From contig JBHPFV010000002.1 in NCBI GenBank assembly GCA_042571705.1, positions 46,822 to 110,821 on the forward strand: 64,000 nt of DNA, in the 5' to 3' direction. A program made the translations under genes and the position numbers. Below are positions 28,382 to 38,307 of the stretch, piece after piece. The DNA comes from Candidatus Omnitrophota bacterium. Its GTDB lineage: Bacteria > Omnitrophota > Gorgyraeia > JAFGHF01. How positions within the stretch are numbered: the first letter of the stretch is position 1; the number at the start of each line of letters is the position of its first letter. The notes beneath the pieces were generated by a model, which did not search any database, was not told where the DNA came from, and saw nothing but the letters and a program-made list of their open reading frames with translations.

Positions 28382-31178
28382 TGTTCAGCACCTTTTTTAA
28401 GTACCTGCCGGTATATGAAGTTTTAGTTTTCGCTAATTCCTCTGGGCTGCAACTGGCCACAACCTGACCGCCATTTTCTCCGCCTTCCGGACCTAAATCT
28501 ATAATGAAGTCGGAGCTTTTAATAACTTCCAAGTTGTGTTCGATCACCAACACGGTATTGCCTAGCTTAACCAGTCTTTGCAGCACATTTAGTAACTTTT
28601 CAATATCCGCAAAATGCAAGCCTGTGGTCGGCTCATCTAAGATATAGAGCGTATTACCGGTGCTTCTTTTTCCCAGTTCCGCGGCCAATTTTACCCGCTG
28701 GGCCTCTCCTCCGGAAAGCGTAGTCGCCGACTGGCCTAAATGAATGTAGCCTAAGCCGACATCATTTAAGATGACTAGCTTTTCTCTGACCCTGGGCACA
28801 TTCTTGAAAAGCTGACCAGCTTCCTCCACAGTCATACTCAAGACTTCAGTGATCGTTTTACCCTTGTACTTTATCTTCAAGGTCTGTTCATTAAACCTGG
28901 CCCCTTTGCAAGTTGCGCAAGATACATAAACATCGGGGAGAAAATGCATTTCTATTTTTTTAATCCCCTCGCCCCGGCATTCCTCACAGCGGCCACCTTT
29001 AACATTAAAGCTGAATCGGCCCGGTTTATACCCAGCCATCCGCGACTCAGGCAGCCTGGCAAACAACTCCCGAATATGGCTAAAAATTCCTGTATAGGTG
29101 ACTGGATTCGAGCGCGGGGTCCGCCCGATCGGAGACTGATCAACCACGATCACCTTATCAATGAATTCAGTCCCGGTAATCCGCTGATGAGCGCCGGGCT
29201 TCTCTTTGCTGCGGTAAAACTTTTTAGCTAAGGCGCGATAAAGAATTTCATCGATCAAAGTGCTCTTGCCGGAACCGGAGACGCCGGTGACGCAAACTAA
29301 AGCCCCTAAAGGAATGCTCACATCTATGTTTTTTAAATTATGTTCCCGGGCGCCGTGAATTGTCAAAAACTTACCCGTGCCTTTTCTTCGCTGTTCCGGT
29401 ATTTTTATCCCCAGCTTTCCACAGAGATACTGGGCGGTTAAAGATTCTTTGGATCTTAGTAACTCCGGCAAGGTTCCGGCAACCATTACTCGGCCGCCAT
29501 GCCGTCCGGCACCGGGACCCAAATCAATCACATAATCAGCGGCCCTGATTGTGGCTTCATCGTGCTCAACAACAATTAGGGTATTGCCTAAATCACGCAG
29601 GGCCTTCAGTGTATTCAACAGCTTGGTATTATCTTTTTGATGTAAGCCAATGCTTGGTTCGTCTAATATATAGACTACGCCCACTAAACCCGCGCCGACC
29701 TGCGTGGCTAAACGAATCCGCTGGGCCTCACCGCCCGAGAGAGTACTGCTCCTGCGGTCTAAGGTCAAATAATCTAAGCCGACATTGATCATAAATTTTA
29801 ATCTTTCCCTGACCCCTTTCAGCGCTTGATGAGCGATAGTTGTCTGGGTCGGCCCTAGTCTTAAAGTAGCAAAAAACTGGGACAGCTGGCGCACCGACAT
29901 TTTGACCAGATCCCAGATTGATTTTCCGTTTATGGTTACGGCCAAACTTTCTTTTTTTAAACGCGCGCCCGAACACTCAGGGCAGGCCAGCACGCTCATA
30001 AATTTAGCGATTTCGGTTTTTAAATAATCGCTTTCGGTCTCTTTAAACAGACGCTCCAGATGCGGGATTACGCCCTCAAAAGGTTTGCCCCAAACATATT
30101 CACTGCCGCCAAACAAAAGCAGGTTGCGCACATATTTACTCAACTTCTTAAACGGCAGCTGCATGCTAAAGTCGTACTGCTTGGCCAATTCTCTAATTAA
30201 CCCACGGTAATAGAGGATATAACCTCGGCCGCCCCGACGCCAGGGCTCCAACGCCCCTTCAGCCAGGGGCCTATCTTTATCGGGCACCACTAGGTCCGGA
30301 TCAACTTCAATCTTAGTCCCCAGGCCGTTACAGGCCGAACAGGCGCCGTAAGGGCTATTAAAAGAAAAATCACGCGGGGCTAATTCGGCAAAGCTTATCC
30401 CGCAATGAATGCAGGCAAAATGCTCGCTAAACAACAGATCCTGCCAGCGGTCTTTTTTTACCAACCTGGATACAGTTACTGTGCCCTGGCCAATCCTTAA
30501 AGCCGTTTCTATTGAGTCGGTCAACCTGGATTTTTCGTTTATGTTTACTGTCAGCCGGTCCACAACCGCCTCAATCGTATGCGCCTTTTTTTTATCTAGA
30601 TTCAAATTTTCATCTATATCGTGCACTAAATTATCTACGCGCACGCGGACGAAGCCCTGTTTACGAATATCCTCGAAAACCTGACGAAATTCACCTTTGC
30701 GGCCTCTAACCAAAGGGCTGAGAATGATAATCTTGCTGTTTTGGGAGAGCTTCAGCACCTGTTTGACTATGTGTTCCGGGCTTTGGCGGGAAATCACCCG
30801 GCCGCAACTGTAGCAGTGCGGCTGGCCGATCCTGGCGAACAAGAGTCGTAAGTAATCATAAATCTCTGTTTGGGTACCTACTGTAGATCGGGGATTGGTC
30901 CCGGGCTTGCGTTGTTCGATTGCGATTGCCGGAGAAATACCCTCGATCTGCTCGACATCCGGTTTTTGTAATTGCTCTAAGAATTGCCGGGCATAGGCCG
31001 AGAGGCTTTCGACATATCTGCGCTGGCCTTCGGCATAGATAGTATCGAAGGCCAATGAGGACTTGCCTGAGCCGCTTAAACCCGTAATCACCGCAAGCTT
31101 ATTGCGCGGGATGGTCAGGTTAATATTTTTCAGATTATGCTCTTTAGCTCCTCTGATGAGAATGTTGTCTTTGGGCAT
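28374..31178 (-). CDS. uvrA: excinuclease ABC subunit A
   Basis: two ABC modules ([26 protein letters not shown]) and zinc fingers; start set at the ATG at 31178. Confidence 0.98.
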   Translation of the reverse strand: MPKDNILIRGAKEHNLKNINLTIPRNKLAVITGLSGSGKSSLAFDTIYAEGQRRYVESLSAYARQFLEQLQKPDVEQIEGISPAIAIEQRKPGTNPRSTVGTQTEIYDYLRLLFARIGQPHCYSCGRVISRQSPEHIVKQVLKLSQNSKIIILSPLVRGRKGEFRQVFEDIRKQGFVRVRVDNLVHDIDENLNLDKKKAHTIEAVVDRLTVNINEKSRLTDSIETALRIGQGTVTVSRLVKKDRWQDLLFSEHFACIHCGISFAELAPRDFSFNSPYGACSACNGLGTKIEVDPDLVVPDKDRPLAEGALEPWRRGGRGYILYYRGLIRELAKQYDFSMQLPFKKLSKYVRNLLLFGGSEYVWGKPFEGVIPHLERLFKETESDYLKTEIAKFMSVLACPECSGARLKKESLAVTINGKSIWDLVKMSVRQLSQFFATLRLGPTQTTIAHQALKGVRERLKFMINVGLDYLTLDRRSSTLSGGEAQRIRLATQVGAGLVGVVYILDEPSIGLHQKDNTKLLNTLKALRDLGNTLIVVEHDEATIRAADYVIDLGPGAGRHGGRVMVAGTLPELLRSKESLTAQYLCGKLGIKIPEQRRKGTGKFLTIHGAREHNLKNIDVSIPLGALVCVTGVSGSGKSTLIDEILYRALAKKFYRSKEKPGAHQRITGTEFIDKVIVVDQSPIGRTPRSNPVTYTGIFSHIRELFARLPESRMAGYKPGRFSFNVKGGRCEECRGEGIKKIEMHFLPDVYVSCATCKGARFNEQTLKIKYKGKTITEVLSMTVEEAGQLFKNVPRVREKLVILNDVGLGYIHLGQSATTLSGGEAQRVKLAAELGKRSTGNTLYILDEPTTGLHFADIEKLLNVLQRLVKLGNTVLVIEHNLEVIKSSDFIIDLGPEGGENGGQVVASCSPEELAKTKTSYTGRYLKKVLNNA

Positions 31179-31187
31179 AGTGTTTAG

Positions 31188-31216
31188 ATTATAACAAAGC
31201 ACAAGGCCCTTGTAAA
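31188..31216 (-). promoter_or_regulatory. sigma70-like promoter of uvrA (near-leaderless)
   Basis: TTTACA-17 bp-TATAAT with an extended TG; the -10 ends 9 nt before the ATG. Confidence 0.65.
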
Positions 31217-31234
31217 TAGTATTCTACAAGGGCC
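31195..31234 (-). terminator. hairpin, probable intrinsic terminator after the basic-protein gene
   Basis: GGCCCTTGTA-10 nt-TACAAGGGCC followed by a T-rich tail on the minus strand. Confidence 0.55.
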
Positions 31235-31266
31235 CTAATGCTTGCTTTAAAAAGAAGTTAGGTGCA

Positions 31267-31518
31267 TTACCTCTTTTTCTTTTTTTTCTTTTTCCGGCCA
31301 CCGCGGACCATTTTGGCCATCGAGATGTCGCCTTTTTTATCAATGAAATAAAGATATCCCGGTTTTTTCTTGATTCCGCATTTAGCAACTACCTTGGAGC
31401 CGCCACCTTTTTTCTTTCCCCGAGCCATCTTTGCCTCTGCGACGTTACCCTTCTTATCTACATAATAAAGGCAACCTTTTTTCCTGGTGATGCCGCATTT
31501 CATTACTTTCTCTGCCAT
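31267..31518 (-). CDS. small basic protein, tandem Cc1-like (chromatin protein-like) repeat
   Basis: internal duplication KCGI..K.G.LY..DKKG....AKM.RG; Lys-rich tail; strong GGGAGG RBS. Confidence 0.7.
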   Translation of the reverse strand: MAEKVMKCGITRKKGCLYYVDKKGNVAEAKMARGKKKGGGSKVVAKCGIKKKPGYLYFIDKKGDISMAKMVRGGRKKKKKKKR

Positions 31519-31537
31519 GATTCTGATTCACCTCCCT

Positions 31538-32356
31538 TCATGTCCCTATTTTAACAACATTTAAGATGTTCTTTAAAGTAGCGATTGCTGAAAGCGCCGC
31601 CAAAAAACTGGTTTTGGGATTATCCGGCGAGGGCCGATTTTCCGTACGACTTAGCAATTTACCGAAATCACCTTCCAGCTCCACCTGGTGGGTATTAAAC
31701 TTAAACTCAGGCGAAGTAATTATTTTGACCGTGGTCTTCTCGGCACCGATTCCGGCCAGGCTTAAGGCCGCGCAAACATTCACATTCTTAGGAAAACCTT
31801 CTACCGCCTCAGCAGCTGTACCGTCAAAAATTACCGTTTCTTCTTTTATCTGGCCTAAATCTAAATTGTGCTGTTTAAAATACGGCGCCCCTTTTAGCCC
31901 ACTAGGGGGCTTGCGGGTAACCAAGGTCGCCTTATCTATCTTACTCATTGCGGCGGCACTTACAGCATCCAAACCGCCCAGCGCCCCGCTGGGGACATAA
32001 AGCCGACGGTCTTGGTTTTTCGCCAACTTAAAAAGCTCAGTTGCGCGCGGCAGGAGTCCGCCCACGCTCATCACCATTACATCTTTATTATTCTCCAGGG
32101 CCTGTTGGGCAATCTCAGCGGCAACTTCAGCAGCAGCTGCTTCGATAATTAAGTCACAACCCGCAATTAACTTTTCGACGGAAAGTATCGGGCAATCTAA
32201 GTGCAGTTCTTCTTTTAGCTGTTGGGTCTTATTTTGGTCCAGATCACAAATAGCGCCGAGCTCGGCCAACTCTCTGAAATGCTCCTTAATCGCCCGGGCC
32301 AACTGCTGGCCAATCGTGCCACAGCCAATCAAGCCAATCTTCTTTTTACTTTTCAT
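31538..32356 (-). CDS. nadX: L-aspartate dehydrogenase
   Basis: GCGTIG, SVGGL, PSGA.GGLD, FPKNVNV, SPDNPKTS.LAALS; next to nadA. Confidence 0.92.
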   Translation of the reverse strand: MKSKKKIGLIGCGTIGQQLARAIKEHFRELAELGAICDLDQNKTQQLKEELHLDCPILSVEKLIAGCDLIIEAAAAEVAAEIAQQALENNKDVMVMSVGGLLPRATELFKLAKNQDRRLYVPSGALGGLDAVSAAAMSKIDKATLVTRKPPSGLKGAPYFKQHNLDLGQIKEETVIFDGTAAEAVEGFPKNVNVCAALSLAGIGAEKTTVKIITSPEFKFNTHQVELEGDFGKLLSRTENRPSPDNPKTSFLAALSAIATLKNILNVVKIGT

Positions 32357-33315
32357 CTTGCCTGTTGCCGATTGCCATAGGTAATTTCTAACATCCTGTC
32401 CAAAGAAGCCTTAGCCCGCTCTCTGACCTGCTCTGGCACCTTGACTTCAAACACTTCATTTTCTAAAGAATGGGCCACCCAGCCTAGAGTGGTCAGCTTC
32501 ATATTAGCGCAAATTAAATGTTCGCTAGGTAAAAAGAATTTCTTGTCTGGGTTTTCCTTTTGCAGCCGATACAACATGCCGCTTTCCGTGCCAATGATGA
32601 ATTCGCGCGAGTCAGATTCCCGGGAGTATTTAAACATGCCTCCGGTGCTGCAAACCTGATCAGCAAGTTTAAGCACCTCTGGCTTACATTCCGGGTGGGC
32701 CAGGAATTCCGCTTGCGGATGTTCATTTTTAGCCTGAATTACCTCTTCTTCAGCAAGCCTGATGTGCGTAGAACAGAAGCCCTTCCAGAGAATAATGTCT
32801 TTTTCCGGGACTTGCGATTGCACGTACTTGCCTAAATTCTCATCAGGAACAAAAATAATCCTTTTGTTCGGCAATGACCTGACCACTTCAATGGCATTAC
32901 TGGATGTGCAGGCCACATCGCTCTGGGCCTTAACCTCAGCGGAAGAGTTCACATAACAGACACAAGCCGCATCGGGATATTGTTTTTTTAAGGCCTTTAA
33001 TTTTTCCGGCGAGATCATGTCAGCCAAAGGACAACCGGCCTCTTTAACGGGCAACAACACCTTTTTGTCCGGATTCAAGATACTGGTGCTCTCGGCCATA
33101 AACCGGACCCCGCAAAATTCTATAATATCGGCATTGACCTTGCTGCCGGCCTGAGCTAACTGTAGAGAATCTCCTACGATATCGGCAACGTCCTGGATCT
33201 CATCTCTTTGATAATTATGCGCTAAGATCACCGCGTTCTTCTTCCTTTTAAGCAGTTCAATCTTCTGGCGCAAATCTTGCTGATATTTCTTGTCATTATC
33301 GCTGTAATTAAGCAC
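32353..33315 (-). CDS. nadA: quinolinate synthase
   Basis: ILAHNYQ, GDSL, FCGVRFMAE, AGCPLA, YVNS, AHPEC, C.NMK. Confidence 0.96.
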   Translation of the reverse strand: MLNYSDNDKKYQQDLRQKIELLKRKKNAVILAHNYQRDEIQDVADIVGDSLQLAQAGSKVNADIIEFCGVRFMAESTSILNPDKKVLLPVKEAGCPLADMISPEKLKALKKQYPDAACVCYVNSSAEVKAQSDVACTSSNAIEVVRSLPNKRIIFVPDENLGKYVQSQVPEKDIILWKGFCSTHIRLAEEEVIQAKNEHPQAEFLAHPECKPEVLKLADQVCSTGGMFKYSRESDSREFIIGTESGMLYRLQKENPDKKFFLPSEHLICANMKLTTLGWVAHSLENEVFEVKVPEQVRERAKASLDRMLEITYGNRQQAR

Positions 33316-33317
33316 TG

Positions 33318-34172
33318 CTACCTCCGTGGATCCGGCACAATCACATTGTCAATTAAACGGGTCTGGCCGAAAAATACTGCCAGGGCAATTAGCTGAGCCC
33401 GTTGTAAGGTTTGGGCGGTTTCCAGGCTATCCAGGTCAACAATTTTAATATAGTCTATTCGGGCCCCGGGCGTTGCTTTTATAATTCTGCTGATTTTGTT
33501 AATGATTCCTCGAGGAGCTTTTTCACCAGATTTTATCATATCGACGGCAGTTTGTAAAGCTTTATATAAAATTGCCGCGTTTTTTTTCTGCTGCTTATTT
33601 AAATATATATTGCGCGAGCTAAAGGCCAATCCATTCTTTTGCCGAACAATCGGCGCAATCAAAATTTCCGTCGGGACATTTAGATCGCTAACCATTCTTT
33701 TGATGATTATTGCCTGCTGGGCGTCCTTCTGGCCAAAGTAAGTCCGCTGGGCCCGGCAAATATTTAGCAGCTTCAGCACGATGGTAGCTACACCACTGAA
33801 GTGCCCGGGACGCTTGGCGCCGCAAAGCCGAAGGCTTAAATCTTCGACTCTGACGTTAGTTCTAAATCCTGGCGGATAGATATCCTTGACTTGGGGATAG
33901 AATAGGATATCAACGCCGTTTAGCTTGGCCAGTTTTTTATCGCGGCTAAAATCTCTGGGGTAGCGTTTAAAATCTTCCTTGGGCCCAAACTGCGTAGGAT
34001 TGACAAAAATGCTGATCACCAAATAATCATTTTCTTGGCCGGCCTTGCGGATCAGGCTGATGTGGCCTGGATGCAAATAACCCATGGTCGGCACCAGCCC
34101 GATGCTCTTGCCTTTTCGGTGCGCGTTCTGAGCCCACCGCTGCATTTCCTTGACCGTACGTATAACTTTCAC
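33318..34172 (-). CDS. panC: pantothenate synthetase
   Basis: VPTMGYLH.GH, SIFVNPTQF, RPGHF.GV, FGQKDAQQ, RLIDN. Confidence 0.96.
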   Translation of the reverse strand: MKVIRTVKEMQRWAQNAHRKGKSIGLVPTMGYLHPGHISLIRKAGQENDYLVISIFVNPTQFGPKEDFKRYPRDFSRDKKLAKLNGVDILFYPQVKDIYPPGFRTNVRVEDLSLRLCGAKRPGHFSGVATIVLKLLNICRAQRTYFGQKDAQQAIIIKRMVSDLNVPTEILIAPIVRQKNGLAFSSRNIYLNKQQKKNAAILYKALQTAVDMIKSGEKAPRGIINKISRIIKATPGARIDYIKIVDLDSLETAQTLQRAQLIALAVFFGQTRLIDNVIVPDPRR

Positions 34173-34594
34173 TTCTCTCCTGTGAACAGTTCGGGGGCGA
34201 TTTCGCGTAGTGGCTCAGTAACGAACTGGCGCTGCCACATCCGTGGATGCGGGATCTGTAAATCCGCTTGATTAATTTCTCGACGGCCGTAAATCAGGAT
34301 ATCCAGATCAATAGTCCTGGGTTGATTTTTCCGGCGGCGAACTTTGCGGCCTAGCTTGGTCTCAATCTCCTGAAGTCTAAGTAGCAGTTGCTCTGGTGGA
34401 TAGTTTGTCTCTAATTCGACCACGCCATTGAGGAATTTTTGTTGTGGAGGGCAATCTTGAGGCTCGGTTTCCTTAAACGAAGAGATTCGGCGCACTTCTA
34501 TGGCCGGATCGGCGCGCAGATATTTGAGCGCAAACTCAATATTTTTCAGCCGGTCGCCAAGATTCGAACCTAAGGCAATATAACAATTGGGCAT
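34169..34594 (-). CDS. folK: HPPK (2-amino-4-hydroxy-6-hydroxymethyldihydropteridine diphosphokinase)
   Basis: IALGSNLGDR, FLN, PRTIDLDIL, IPHPRM..R.FV..PL. Confidence 0.95.
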   Translation of the reverse strand: MPNCYIALGSNLGDRLKNIEFALKYLRADPAIEVRRISSFKETEPQDCPPQQKFLNGVVELETNYPPEQLLLRLQEIETKLGRKVRRRKNQPRTIDLDILIYGRREINQADLQIPHPRMWQRQFVTEPLREIAPELFTGEK

Positions 34595-35757
34595 CAAATA
34601 ACTTTTTTAATCCTTGCGACTGCTTCCTGCAGTCTCGGTTTGGCAACTGTCAAGGCCATCCGGATATATCCTTCGCCGGAAGGCCCAAAACCCACACCGG
34701 GTGTAGCTACCACTCCAACCTGATCAAGCAGCAGTTGGGCAAACTTTATTGAATCGGTTTGGCCTTTGGGTAATTTTGTCCAGATATAGAAGGTGGCCTT
34801 TGGTTTTTTTACCTGCCAGCCTATCTCAGACAATCCCTGGCAAAGCAAATCTCTTCTTTCTTGGTAAAGCTCAAGCAAGCTACGGATTTGTTCCGACGGC
34901 GAATTTAACGCGGCTATTCCCGCCAATTGTACGGCCTGAAAAATCCCGGAGTCGATATTAGACTTGACCTGACCCAGGTGGGCAATAATCTCACCATTGC
35001 CGCAAGCCCAGCCAATCCGCCATCCGGTCATATTGTAGGTCTTCGAAAGAGAATAGAACTCTACCGCCAACTCCCTGGCCCCCTCAACCTGCAGAATGCT
35101 GGGGGCGCTATAGCCGTCAAAAGTAATTTCTGAATAAGCGGCATCCTGGGCAATCGCAATCTGGTGCTGACGGGCAAATGCTACGACCTGACTAAAGAAC
35201 TTCGGGGTGGCGCATGCCGCGGTAGGGTTATTCGGGTAATTCAAAAAAAGCAGCTTGGCCCGGGATAGGATTGAAGAATCAATGCTTTCAATCTTAGGCA
35301 GAAAATCATTGTCCGCTAAAAGCGGTAGATTTACCGGCTGAGCGCCGGCGAAAAGTGCAGCCGAGCGGTATGGCGGATAACATGGCTCAGGAATCAGGAC
35401 CACCTGATCCGGATTAACTAATCCTAGCGGCAAGTGGGCTAAGCCTTCCTTAGACCCAATCAAAGGCAAAATTTCCTTATCGGGGTCAAGCGCTATATTG
35501 AACCTTTGCTGATACCATTTGGCAATAGCGGTCCTTAAGGAACTCATTCCAAAATCTAAAGCATAATGATGATTGCTGGGGTCAAGCGCAGCTTGATGTA
35601 GCTTAGCAATTACATGCTCAGGAGTTGGTTGGTCGGGATCCCCCACTCCTAAATCGATGATATCCTGTCCAGCTGCCCGAGCAAGTCTCTTTGCCTTGTC
35701 AATCTCAGCAAATAAATAAGGAGGCAATTTCTTCAATCGATCAGCTTTTTCTATCAT
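34594..35757 (-). CDS. dapL: LL-diaminopimelate aminotransferase
   Basis: LPPYLFAEID, LIGSKEG, NYPNNPT, SLSKTYNMTGWRIG; lies within the dap cluster. Confidence 0.85.
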   Translation of the reverse strand: MIEKADRLKKLPPYLFAEIDKAKRLARAAGQDIIDLGVGDPDQPTPEHVIAKLHQAALDPSNHHYALDFGMSSLRTAIAKWYQQRFNIALDPDKEILPLIGSKEGLAHLPLGLVNPDQVVLIPEPCYPPYRSAALFAGAQPVNLPLLADNDFLPKIESIDSSILSRAKLLFLNYPNNPTAACATPKFFSQVVAFARQHQIAIAQDAAYSEITFDGYSAPSILQVEGARELAVEFYSLSKTYNMTGWRIGWACGNGEIIAHLGQVKSNIDSGIFQAVQLAGIAALNSPSEQIRSLLELYQERRDLLCQGLSEIGWQVKKPKATFYIWTKLPKGQTDSIKFAQLLLDQVGVVATPGVGFGPSGEGYIRMALTVAKPRLQEAVARIKKVI

Positions 35758-35807
35758 TATCTTTCCTTTTTGCTTTAAGCTGTAGGCACCGCTTGTTTGT
35801 GCTGCTT

Positions 35808-35834
35808 GGGACAGTCCCCTTCGGGGACAGTCCC
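35808..35834. repeat. GGGACAGTCCC doublet (REP-like palindrome)
   Basis: identical 11-mers at 35808 and 35824; the minus strand folds with a C-GAA-G loop. Confidence 0.75.
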
Positions 35835-35840
35835 TTAAGG

Positions 35841-36587
35841 CTATGCGTCAATGACGTCTTGCATATCGTATAAGCCTGGTTTTTGTTTAACAATAAATTT
35901 GGCAGCCGCTAATGCCCCCTGGGCAAAGATGTCCCGCGTCTTAGCGCTGTGCTTAATCACGATTACGTCTTGCGGGCCTGCGAAACGTACTTGATGATCG
36001 CCGACAATTTCACCTTCGCGGATAGAGTCAATTTTGATCTGATCGTCCTGAAAACTAGGGCTCTGCTTAATCAACTGCGCCAAACGCTTGGCCGTGCCGG
36101 AAGGGGCATCTTTTTTGTGGCTGTGGTGGGCCTCGACAATATCGGCCCGATAATCCCGGCCTAATTTTTGCGCGGCCTGCTTAACCAGCTTAAACGCTAA
36201 ATTTACCCCCAAAGACATGTTCGGAGAATATACAACCGGAATTTTTTCGCTGGCCTGATCAATCTTGGCTATCTGTTGGGTATCTAAACCTGTAGTGCCA
36301 ATAACAATTGTTTTTTGGTGCTCTTGGGCCCAGGCCAAATTTGCGCCGGCAGCTAATGGTGAAGTAAATTCGATCAATACATCCACATCTTTTATTTGAG
36401 CAGGATCATCGATTATTTGCACATTCAATCCCTTTAGACCAATAACCTGACCCAACTGCTGACCTACTGCTGAATGATCTTTTACTTCTATGGCCGCAGA
36501 AACACAAAAGTCACTGTCTTGACTGGCCAAGTAGGCAATCCTCTGCCCCATTTTACCGCAACACCCGCAAATCGCTATCTTAATCAT
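35841..36587 (-). CDS. dapB: 4-hydroxy-tetrahydrodipicolinate reductase
   Basis: G..GKMG, IGTTG, NMSLGVN, EAHH..KKDAPSGTA. Confidence 0.96.
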   Translation of the reverse strand: MIKIAICGCCGKMGQRIAYLASQDSDFCVSAAIEVKDHSAVGQQLGQVIGLKGLNVQIIDDPAQIKDVDVLIEFTSPLAAGANLAWAQEHQKTIVIGTTGLDTQQIAKIDQASEKIPVVYSPNMSLGVNLAFKLVKQAAQKLGRDYRADIVEAHHSHKKDAPSGTAKRLAQLIKQSPSFQDDQIKIDSIREGEIVGDHQVRFAGPQDVIVIKHSAKTRDIFAQGALAAAKFIVKQKPGLYDMQDVIDA

Positions 36588-37456
36588 ATTAATTTATATT
36601 GTTTTAAGACTGTTTTTAGTTTCTCTTCATTTTTGGCCAGCATTGGGCAAAGCGGCAGGCGCAGTTCAGGCTTAATTAAACCCATTAGTCCCATTGCTGT
36701 TTTTACCGGGATAGGATTAGTCTCGATAAACATAGCCTTAATTAAAGGCAGCAGCCTGTAATAAATTTTCTTTGCCTCAGCGATGTTACCTTGCTCAAAT
36801 TGCTTAATCAGTTCAGCAGATTGGTCAGGGACAATGTTGGCTACCACCGAGATTACTCCAACCCCGCCGATAGCTAAAACAGGCAAAGTCAGTGCATCAT
36901 CTCCAGAAATTAGGGCCAGATTATCGCCACAGAGTTTGAGAATCTGGGCCATTTGGCTGACATTACCGCTGGCCTCCTTGATGGCTACTATATTCTTAAT
37001 TTGACTAAGCTCAGCAGCCGTGGCTGGTTCAATATTAATGCCTGTGCGTGAGGCAATGTTATACAGCACTATTGGAATATCTACTGACTTGGCAATGGCC
37101 TGGAAGTGCAGCAGCAGTCCCCGTTGTGTAGGTTTATTGTAATACGGTGAGATTAAAAGCGCGCCATCGGCCCCGGCAACTTTGGCGTGATTGGTTAATT
37201 CAATTGCCTCGGCCGTATTATTAGAACCGGTACCGGCGATGACCGGCACCCGGCCGGAAACGGTCTGCACCGTAAGATCAACCACCCGCTCATGCTCGGC
37301 CAAAGACATGGTCGCTGATTCGCCGGTCGTGCCGCAAGGCACAATGCCGGAAGTGCCGGCTTTAATCTGAAATTCAATCAAATCCTTAAACCTTTTTTCA
37401 TCAATCTTCCCGTTTTCAAAAGGCGTAACAATAGCGACTAAAGAACCTTTAAACAT
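36584..37456 (-). CDS. dapA: 4-hydroxy-tetrahydrodipicolinate synthase
   Basis: GTTGES, PYYNKP, LYN, KEASG, ETNPIPVK. Confidence 0.97.
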   Translation of the reverse strand: MFKGSLVAIVTPFENGKIDEKRFKDLIEFQIKAGTSGIVPCGTTGESATMSLAEHERVVDLTVQTVSGRVPVIAGTGSNNTAEAIELTNHAKVAGADGALLISPYYNKPTQRGLLLHFQAIAKSVDIPIVLYNIASRTGINIEPATAAELSQIKNIVAIKEASGNVSQMAQILKLCGDNLALISGDDALTLPVLAIGGVGVISVVANIVPDQSAELIKQFEQGNIAEAKKIYYRLLPLIKAMFIETNPIPVKTAMGLMGLIKPELRLPLCPMLAKNEEKLKTVLKQYKLI

Positions 37457-37458
37457 GT

Positions 37459-38298
37459 TTAAACCCCCTCTAAAACTTTGCCCCGATAAATTAGCTTGGC
37501 TTTTCCTTCTAAAAAGACATCATAAATATTGTCTTTTTTTACCTTAAAATAAACCGTCAGCGCCTCAGTGCTCATTGTAGCTACTCTAATTTTATGTAGT
37601 CCATCTGGGGACTGTTTCATCTCAAAAGCGGCGATGATGCTTGCGGCCACACATCCTGTGCCGCAGGCCAAAGTCTCATCCTCCACTCCTCTTTCGTAAG
37701 TCCTCACCTTGATGTGCGTTTCATCAAGCACCTCAACAAAGTCAACATTAGTGCCTGCGGGCTGAAACTCAGGATGATAGCGAATTGTCCGGCCGATTTC
37801 GCCAACATCATAATTATTTAGATTCTGCACAAAGCAGATAACATGCGGCACGCCGGTATTAACGTAATTAACATTGTAGGTCTGGCCATTAATATTTAAA
37901 TTAAATTCTCTTCTTAAATCCTTGGCGTCAGACATCTTAATTTTTATCCGATCGCGCTTGACTTCACCTTGCAGGATTCCGGCCTTGGTCTCAATTTTCA
38001 TTTTGGCTGAGCGGACTATTCCTGCATCAATGGCATACAAAGCAATACAGCGGGCACCGTTTCCGCACATATCCACTTCTGAGCCATCGGGATTAATCAC
38101 CCGCATCTTGAAATCTGCCCGCTGTGAACGTTCGACAACCAGCAGACCGTCTGCGCCCACAGATAACTTGCGTTGACAAAGCTGCTGGGCCAATTTTTTA
38201 GCCCGGTTTTTAGTCAAGGCCTTGTTGTTCTTAAACAGATCAACTAGCACAAAGTCATTACCGGAAGCCACTGCTTTAATAAATTCCAAACTGCGCAC
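37459..38298 (-). CDS. dapF: diaminopimelate epimerase
   Basis: GNDF, NPDGS..MCGNGARC, RTYERGVE.ETLACGTG. Confidence 0.96.
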   Translation of the reverse strand: MRSLEFIKAVASGNDFVLVDLFKNNKALTKNRAKKLAQQLCQRKLSVGADGLLVVERSQRADFKMRVINPDGSEVDMCGNGARCIALYAIDAGIVRSAKMKIETKAGILQGEVKRDRIKIKMSDAKDLRREFNLNINGQTYNVNYVNTGVPHVICFVQNLNNYDVGEIGRTIRYHPEFQPAGTNVDFVEVLDETHIKVRTYERGVEDETLACGTGCVAASIIAAFEMKQSPDGLHKIRVATMSTEALTVYFKVKKDNIYDVFLEGKAKLIYRGKVLEGV

Positions 38299-38307
38299 CC
38301 TTGAGTT

